NCBI GenBank assembly: GCA_022823235.1
Contig: JAJDXO010000059.1
Span: forward strand, 45,393-109,392
Direction: 5' to 3'
Origin: Rhodospirillales bacterium
Lineage (GTDB): Bacteria > Pseudomonadota > Alphaproteobacteria > Rhodospirillales > UBA2165
Length of the DNA stretch: 64,000 bases
The notes below the pieces were generated by a model. It was not told the DNA's origin, made no database searches, and saw only the letters and a list, made by a program, of their open reading frames with translations. Below, piece after piece: positions 57,854-64,000 of the stretch. The first letter of the stretch is position 1. Each line of letters begins with the position of its first letter. A program made the position numbers and the translations under genes.

Positions 57854-58848
57854 TTCGCCGCCCCCCCGGTCAGGCGAATTCGGGGATCGAGAACGGCGAG
57901 CGCCAGGTCGGACAGGAACATGCCGATCACGGTCAACACCGCGACGAACATCAGGACCGCGCCGGACAGGAAGAAGTCCTGGCTCTGGAGCGCGCGGACC
58001 AGCGGCGGACCGACCGTCTCCAGTCCCATGACAATGGAGACGATTACCGATCCCGACACCACCTGGGGCAGCAGGTTGCCGATATCCGCGATAAAGGGAT
58101 TGAGCGCCATCCGCAACGGATACTTGACCAGCAGCCTGCCCTCGGCGAGGCCCTTGGCCCGGGCGGTCACCACATATTGTTTATAGAGTTCATCAAGAAG
58201 GTTCGCGCGCAGCCGCCGGATCATGCCCGCCGTTCCCGCCGTGCCGATGATGATCACCGGCGCTGCCAAATGTTCGAGGATCGACAGCGCCTTGGCGAAG
58301 GACATGGGCTGATCCAGAAACTCCGGCGCCATCAATGTCCCGATGGACGTGCCGAAAAACCGGTTGGCGGCATACATGAGAATGAGAGCCAATAGGAAGT
58401 TGGGTGTGGCCAACCCCAAGAACCCGAGGAAGGTCAGGCCGTAATCGCCCCAGCTGTACTGGTGGGTCGCCGAATAGACCCCGATTGGGAATGCAACGAT
58501 GTAAATGAACAGCACCGAGAAGAAATTCACGACGATGGTCAGAAATATTCGATCGCCCAATACGTCCTGAACCGGCAAATCCAATTCGAACGAGAAGCCG
58601 AGATCGCCCTGCAGCAAGCCGCCGACCCAGACCAGATATTGCCGCCACAACGGCTGATCGAGCCCATATTGATCGCGCAGGAATTGGATTTTCTGCCGAT
58701 CGACGTTCTCGCCCTGGCTCTCCAACTCGGCAATGACGGATGAGAGGTAGTCGCCCTCGGGCAGGTTTACGATGATGAATACCAACGCGCTGATGATGGC
58801 CAGCGTGACCACCATCACCAGTGTTCTGCGCGCGAGATAGTTCAGCAT
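57850..58848 (-). CDS. Peptide/opine-type ABC transporter permease (DppB/YejB-like)
   Basis: 332 aa starting MLNYLARRTLVMVVTLAIISALVFII, with TARAKGLAEGRLLVKYPLR. 4-nt overlap with the next permease. Confidence 0.85.
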   Translation of the reverse strand: MLNYLARRTLVMVVTLAIISALVFIIVNLPEGDYLSSVIAELESQGENVDRQKIQFLRDQYGLDQPLWRQYLVWVGGLLQGDLGFSFELDLPVQDVLGDRIFLTIVVNFFSVLFIYIVAFPIGVYSATHQYSWGDYGLTFLGFLGLATPNFLLALILMYAANRFFGTSIGTLMAPEFLDQPMSFAKALSILEHLAAPVIIIGTAGTAGMIRRLRANLLDELYKQYVVTARAKGLAEGRLLVKYPLRMALNPFIADIGNLLPQVVSGSVIVSIVMGLETVGPPLVRALQSQDFFLSGAVLMFVAVLTVIGMFLSDLALAVLDPRIRLTGGAAK

Positions 58849-58884
58849 GTCAGGCCCGACTCCCGGCTACCCGTCCTGGCGGTA

Positions 58885-60786
58885 TCACTTGCCGGCGAAC
58901 CAGAAGGTATCGGGCCGGTACACACCAAAGTGCGCGCCCGGTTCCCAATTGTAGATCGCCTTCTTGGGAACGTTCCGCAGGCGCGCGTTGACCACGACCG
59001 GCTGCGGGACCCGGGAGACGAGACCGATGGTGTAGACCTGATCGGTGAAGAGATCGAGCATCCGATGCCAGATATTGGTCTTCTCGTCCTTGGACGTCGA
59101 GACGTTCCACGCCTTATTCAGTTCCATCAGCTTCCTTGGGCCTTCCATGTCGACCGGCTCACCCGCCTTGCCCTTGGTCTCGACATATTGCCCCCACTTC
59201 GGCCATTGCAGGTGTTGCTGGCTGGTCGGGGCCAAGGCGGACGGGCTCGAGTCCGCCGTCGGAATGCCGTTCTCCAGGCCGAACCAGACGGCAACCTGTG
59301 TCGAACCGGCGAATACCCGGTTCCGCAGGACCTCCCGCTGGGAGGGCTTGATCAGCATCTTGACGCCAATCTTCGCCCAGGTGTCCTTGACCAGCCGAAG
59401 AATATCGGTCTGCTCCAATTCCTCGCCGGAGGTCTCGACCGTGATCTCCAACGGGCGTCCATCGGGAAGCCGCCGCACCGGCCCCGCTTTCTTGAGTCCG
59501 ATTTCGTCGAGCAGCGCGTTGGCCTTCTTGATGTCCAGCTTGGCCCAACGTTCGGCGTATTCCTTTTTGTATACCTGGCTCTCCCGCAGAACGCTGTTGC
59601 CGGTAGGCGACGCCAAGCCAAAGTAAATCAGCTTGCTGATCTGCCGGCGGTCTATCGCGAGCGACAGAGCGCGCCGGAACCGCACGTCCCGGAAGAGCTT
59701 CCGCCACACCGGATCGGAGTGGTTCATGTTGGGAAAAAGCGCCATATGGGCGCCCTTGGCGGTGGGCCACAGCTTGACGGTGTAGTTGTTCCGCTTTTCC
59801 GCCTTCTTGAGATACGGAAAATTCTTCAACGCAATACCGCGGGCCTGAAGATCCGTATCGCCGGTACCGGCCTTCGGCGAGATCAGCTTCGAACTCGCCA
59901 CCGTAACGATCACCTCGTCCACATAGGGCAACTGCCGGCCACGTTCATCGACCCGATGGAAGAACGGGTTGCGCTTGAAGACGAACCGCTTCGCCGGCGG
60001 CTTGGTGGTTTGAACCCAAGGCTGGAGGCTCGGGAAGTCGGGATTGTCGTTCTTGTAAGGCCGGTCGTAGCGGAAATGCAGCGAGACCCAGTTGCGCCGC
60101 TTGGCAGCCTTGACCATCTGATCAAGCTTCGCGGCGTCCTGATGCTTGGCGTGAAACTGTTTCATGTAGTGAGCCGGCCGGTAGATGAACTCGGGCCGGG
60201 CGCCGGCGAGCAGCGGCAGGAACTTCGGGTGCGGCGCGTCCCAGGTATAACGGACCGTTGTTTCGTCGATCACCTCGAATTTCGGTGGCTTTCCGTTGAC
60301 CAGCATGAATGCCGGCGGTCCGAGCTTGGAGATATCCGGGTCGGTGGCCATGTCCTCCCACCAATAGCGGAAATCCTCGGCGGTAAAGGGATGGCCGTCC
60401 GACCAACGGTGGCCTTTGCGCAGGTTCAGGGTGAACCGCCGGCCGTCGTTGACATCGACACTCTTGAGAATGTCGGGAACGATATTGAACTTTTCATCGT
60501 ATCCGACCAGCCGGGCATAGCCGTACACCACCATTTGGCGCACGTCCTTGGCGCGCCCCATGAGGATGTTCAGTTTGCCGCCATGCCTGCCGGCCCGTTT
60601 GGACTTGCCGTCGAACTTCACGACCGACGGCTCGGCCGGAAGGCGCTTTGCGATCGGCGGCAATCTGCCGGCCTCGACCTCGGCCTTCAGACTCGGGGTC
60701 TCGTCAAAGGCGGCCAGGGCCGGGGCCGAAATCAAGAACGCCCATAGCGATGCGCCGGCGGCAAGCGTACCCGGTGATCCTCTCAT
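58885..60786 (-). CDS. ABC transporter substrate-binding protein, family 5 (YejA-like, long form)
   Basis: 633 aa with a signal peptide (LWAFLISAPALAA). SBP_bac_5 pattern. Confidence 0.85.
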   Translation of the reverse strand: MRGSPGTLAAGASLWAFLISAPALAAFDETPSLKAEVEAGRLPPIAKRLPAEPSVVKFDGKSKRAGRHGGKLNILMGRAKDVRQMVVYGYARLVGYDEKFNIVPDILKSVDVNDGRRFTLNLRKGHRWSDGHPFTAEDFRYWWEDMATDPDISKLGPPAFMLVNGKPPKFEVIDETTVRYTWDAPHPKFLPLLAGARPEFIYRPAHYMKQFHAKHQDAAKLDQMVKAAKRRNWVSLHFRYDRPYKNDNPDFPSLQPWVQTTKPPAKRFVFKRNPFFHRVDERGRQLPYVDEVIVTVASSKLISPKAGTGDTDLQARGIALKNFPYLKKAEKRNNYTVKLWPTAKGAHMALFPNMNHSDPVWRKLFRDVRFRRALSLAIDRRQISKLIYFGLASPTGNSVLRESQVYKKEYAERWAKLDIKKANALLDEIGLKKAGPVRRLPDGRPLEITVETSGEELEQTDILRLVKDTWAKIGVKMLIKPSQREVLRNRVFAGSTQVAVWFGLENGIPTADSSPSALAPTSQQHLQWPKWGQYVETKGKAGEPVDMEGPRKLMELNKAWNVSTSKDEKTNIWHRMLDLFTDQVYTIGLVSRVPQPVVVNARLRNVPKKAIYNWEPGAHFGVYRPDTFWFAGK

Positions 60787-62714
60787 GATGCTTTCCTTAT
60801 ATCGGGGGCGTCCCCGGTCATCCTCACGAAATGACCGTCCCCGATATCGACCAATTTCGGTTTCGCGCTGTCGGCGACCGTGAACGGTTCCGGCCAGGCG
60901 GCCGGAACCGACGCCTTTCCCTCCATGAGCGCGGACAGATCGAGGCGGCGGTTGAGGTCCGGAAACGGCACCGCCGCCAATAGGGCCTTCGTGTACGGGT
61001 GAACCGGATCGCGGAACAGCGCTTCCCGGCCGGCAAGTTCAACCAGCCGCCCGGCGCACATCACGGCGATGCGGTCGGCAACGTAATCGACCACTGCCAA
61101 ATTATGCGAGACGAACAGATAGGTCAGACCAAGCTCATCCTGCAGGTCCTTCATCAAGTTCAAGATCTGGGCCTGAACCGATACATCGAGCGCCGATACC
61201 GGCTCGTCGCACAACAAGAGATCGGGCTTCAGCGCCATCGAGCGCGCGATGCTGATACGCTGACGCTGACCGCCCGAAAAACTGTGGGGGTAACGGTTGA
61301 GGAACCGGGGGTCCAGGCCGACCAAATTCATCAGCTCCTTCACCATCTCCACCCGATAGTCGCGGTCACCGATATCGTGGATGACCAACGGTTCGCTGAT
61401 GATGTCGAACACGGTCATTCGCGGGTTCAAGGAGCCAAACGGGTCCTGGAAGATGTACTGATAGACCTTGCGATAGGGGATCATTTCCTTGGGCGACAGC
61501 TTGGTGACGTCGACCGTCGTCCCGTCGTCCCGGAGCAAGACCTCACCGTTGTCGGGCTGAAGTGCCCCCATAATGATTTTGCTGAGCGTCGTCTTGCCGC
61601 AGCCGCTCTCCCCGACCAGCCCCAGGGTTTCGCCGCGGGCGATGTCGAAGCTCACGTCTTCGACCGCCCTGATGGTCGATTGGCCGCCGCCGAACAGGCC
61701 TTCCTTGCGGATGGTGAACGACTTGAAGATACCGTTGACGGAGAGCATGGGCCGGGAATCGCCGGCGTCCGCGCCGTCGTTTTCCTTGGGCGCCAACAGA
61801 TGGCCCGTCGTGTGCTCTATTTCGCGGATCGGCACCAGCCGCTCGCCGGGTTTCATATCGAAGTGCGGAACCGCGCGGAACAGCGACTTGAGATAGGGAT
61901 GCTCCGGATTCTCGAATATCAGCCGGCTCGATCCGGACTCCATGACCTTGCCGCCATACATGACAACGACATGATCGGCGACGTTGGCGACCACGCCCAG
62001 ATCATGGGTGATGATCAACACCGACATCTTCAAATGAGATTGGAGATCGTCCATCAGCTTCAGAATTTGCGCCTGGATCGTCACATCGAGGGCGGTCGTC
62101 GGTTCATCGGCGATCAGCAAGGCCGGGTTGCAGACCAGCGCCATGGCGATCATGGCCCGCTGCCGAAGCCCGCCGGATAGTTCGAACGGGTAGGTCTTGA
62201 CCGCCTTTTCGGGATTGGGGAAGCCGACCAGCCGGAGCATTTCGACCACCGCCCGGACGGCATCGTTCTTGGTGGAGTCGCAGTGCAGCATATTGGCTTC
62301 GCTGATCTGGTCGCCGATAGTGTGGAGCGGCGACAGCGACGTCATGGGCTCCTGGAAGATCATCGAGATGCGGCCGCCGCGGATCGACTGCATGGCGCGT
62401 CCGTGCGCCGGCAACGCGGCAATATCGGTGATGCCCGAACGCCGTTCCCGCCGGTCCCCGCTTCCCGAAAGCCGGGCCGGATCGTTGAAGAGGATTTGAC
62501 CGCCGGTGATCCGCGCAACCTTCGGCAGGATGCCCATCACCGCCTGGGCGATGGTGGATTTGCCGGATCCCGACTCGCCGACGATGGCAACGGTTTCCGC
62601 GGGCCCCACGGCAAATGAGACGCCGTCGACGGCCCTCACGACCCCGGACGGGACCCGGAACTCAACCTTCAGGTCGTTCACCGTCAGGATGTCTTGATCG
62701 GACAACTCGGCCAT
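60783..62714 (-). CDS. Fused double ATP-binding-cassette protein (YejF/DppDF-like)
   Basis: Two Walker A motifs ([16 protein letters not shown]), two LSGG signatures and two Walker B motifs. ATG 62714 chosen as start. ATGA overlap with the SBP gene. Confidence 0.85.
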   Translation of the reverse strand: MAELSDQDILTVNDLKVEFRVPSGVVRAVDGVSFAVGPAETVAIVGESGSGKSTIAQAVMGILPKVARITGGQILFNDPARLSGSGDRRERRSGITDIAALPAHGRAMQSIRGGRISMIFQEPMTSLSPLHTIGDQISEANMLHCDSTKNDAVRAVVEMLRLVGFPNPEKAVKTYPFELSGGLRQRAMIAMALVCNPALLIADEPTTALDVTIQAQILKLMDDLQSHLKMSVLIITHDLGVVANVADHVVVMYGGKVMESGSSRLIFENPEHPYLKSLFRAVPHFDMKPGERLVPIREIEHTTGHLLAPKENDGADAGDSRPMLSVNGIFKSFTIRKEGLFGGGQSTIRAVEDVSFDIARGETLGLVGESGCGKTTLSKIIMGALQPDNGEVLLRDDGTTVDVTKLSPKEMIPYRKVYQYIFQDPFGSLNPRMTVFDIISEPLVIHDIGDRDYRVEMVKELMNLVGLDPRFLNRYPHSFSGGQRQRISIARSMALKPDLLLCDEPVSALDVSVQAQILNLMKDLQDELGLTYLFVSHNLAVVDYVADRIAVMCAGRLVELAGREALFRDPVHPYTKALLAAVPFPDLNRRLDLSALMEGKASVPAAWPEPFTVADSAKPKLVDIGDGHFVRMTGDAPDIRKAS

Positions 62715-62715
62715 C

Positions 62716-63198
62716 TCAGCACTCAATTCCCATGGCACTGAAGTTCTTGACCGTCGACGGCTGCAGCGCCAGACCGTTTCGCCTGGCCGCATCGACGGCA
62801 TGTCGCGCGACCCGATCGAAACCTTCCAGGGACGATTCAAGCCTCAATGTCTGCCCGTCCCCCCGAAGTCTCAGTTGCATCCACCCTTGTCCCCGGCCGC
62901 GAAATGTCGAGTAGTAGGACAGCGTAACCTCACCCAACGTCTCCCAGCGTAAAATTTGCTTGATGAAGCCGCTGACGGCAATGCCTTCGTCGCTCACCCA
63001 AACCCTGGTTATCTGGCGCGCGAAGGTGCGGACCGCGAACAAACCGAACATCGAAGCCAGCGCGACCAGCAGCCACATGCCGCCTTTGAGCGGAGTCCCG
63101 AAGGCCAGCGGCAGCAGACAGAGAATCGCCCCGATCGCCGAGCGAAGATAATCCGCGCCGATTTTCGACAGAGGATATCCGAGGGGGTCGTTCAGCAT
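62716..63198 (-). CDS. Hypothetical membrane protein (2 TM plus soluble bPH-like C-terminal domain), first gene of the ABC operon
   Basis: 160 aa with TM segments AILCLLPLAF and MWLLVALASMFGLFAV. There is no recognisable catalytic motif. The stop lies 1 nt before the ATPase start. Confidence 0.45.
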   Translation of the reverse strand: MLNDPLGYPLSKIGADYLRSAIGAILCLLPLAFGTPLKGGMWLLVALASMFGLFAVRTFARQITRVWVSDEGIAVSGFIKQILRWETLGEVTLSYYSTFRGRGQGWMQLRLRGDGQTLRLESSLEGFDRVARHAVDAARRNGLALQPSTVKNFSAMGIEC

Positions 63199-63231
63199 AG
63201 GGTTCCTCTTAATCCTTCTCCTGCGGCAACG

Positions 63232-64000
63232 TCATGACCCCGGACGGTCGCTGTCGTCCCTGGTCTGCTCCGCGGCCGCCGCCCCGGTTTCCGCGGTAAC
63301 ATCGGACGGAACGAGAACCTGCCCCTCTCCCGACCGGCAAGCCTCCAGTTGGGTATCGGCGTCCCCATCATCGAGGACGAGGAACCTGATTTCTCCCGCA
63401 TCACCCAGCTTCACCGTGTGACCGTCCACGTCGACAGGCCGGGCAACGTAGTCCGCAATTCGCTGGGCAACCGCCTGGAGTTCGGTACCGGCATCCATGG
63501 TGCTGAGGATAATGCCGAACTCGGTCTCCGAGAGACGGGCCCGCGTATCGGTTTCCCGGGTACAAGCCGTCAGACGCTCGGCAATCTCCTTGAACAGACT
63601 GTCGCGGGCGGCTGCCGGCAACCCGCCATCGGCGCCGTGAATATTGTCGAGGGTCCAGATCAGGATAGCGGCCCGCTCGCCGAAACCGCGGAAACGGGCC
63701 GTCGAATGGCGGAGGCGATCCCGGAATATACGGGCATCCGCAAGGTTGGTGACCGGGTCCCGTACGGTCGAGGCGGCACTCAGGTCGCGTGTGGTCCTCT
63801 CCAGCCGTTCCGCGATGGAGCGCGTAATCCGGGCCGACATCTCCGCATCCTCGGCGATCAGCTTGATGAACACGTCCTTGGAAATGCTGAGCACGGTCAG
63901 CGGCTCGTTGGCCGTGACGGTGGCGGTGCGCGGCGCTTCGCACAGCAGCGCCAACTCACCAAACTGATCATTGCGCCCCAGGGTCGCGATATGGGTCGGC
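63232..64000 (-). CDS. cNMP-binding domain protein with degenerate GGDEF domain (5' end outside window)
   Basis: FGELALLCEAPRTATV (cNMP-binding) followed by a GGDEF-like fold in which the active-site GGDEF is SETEF (63517-63531). The reading frame continues past 64000. Confidence 0.7.
   Translation of the reverse strand, partial: PTHIATLGRNDQFGELALLCEAPRTATVTANEPLTVLSISKDVFIKLIAEDAEMSARITRSIAERLERTTRDLSAASTVRDPVTNLADARIFRDRLRHSTARFRGFGERAAILIWTLDNIHGADGGLPAAARDSLFKEIAERLTACTRETDTRARLSETEFGIILSTMDAGTELQAVAQRIADYVARPVDVDGHTVKLGDAGEIRFLVLDDGDADTQLEACRSGEGQVLVPSDVTAETGAAAAEQTRDDSDRPGS

Overview
High-GC chromosomal segment whose gene content suggests an aerobic or facultative alphaproteobacterium (inference only). 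I call about 62 protein-coding genes and found no rRNA, tRNA, CRISPR array, transposase or integrase. The window starts in the rplM-rpsI ribosomal operon. It then carries housekeeping and metabolic genes (metY, sdaA, kdsB/kdsC, PiT, gcdH, nadC, fhs), a degP-response regulator-histidine kinase unit, and a YejABEF-like peptide ABC transporter.

A dispersed aromatic acyl-CoA catabolic set is present:
- boxC-boxB (no boxA in the window)
- a benzoate/4-hydroxybenzoate-CoA ligase
- a CoA-transferase A/B pair
- a thioesterase
- a three-subunit molybdenum hydroxylase resembling 4-hydroxybenzoyl-CoA reductase (hcrCAB)
- glutaryl-CoA dehydrogenase

Main hunting results:
1. Two redox genes, an AhpD/CMD-family gene and a Prx-like2 peroxiredoxin-like gene, each carry an in-frame TGA exactly at a Cys position of a CxxC-type motif, with a downstream hairpin. 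Both are candidate selenoproteins that ordinary gene callers would split.
2. A sharply AT-richer single-gene islet of about 2.1 kb sits between hcrB and ridA-gcdH. It encodes a 640-aa protein with a restriction-endonuclease-like N-terminus, a Cys knuckle, an SF2 helicase and an HNH-associated repeat. This is a candidate stand-alone defence gene.
3. A second copy of the last 17 codons of boxB lies 110 nt downstream and differs only at synonymous third positions, which looks like a recombination scar.
4. An 84-nt three-way structured leader occludes the degP ribosome-binding site.

Several operator-like palindromes, a Pho-box-like site and a REP-like repeat family are also noted. Many long alternate-frame ORFs in the track are high-GC artefacts and were ignored.
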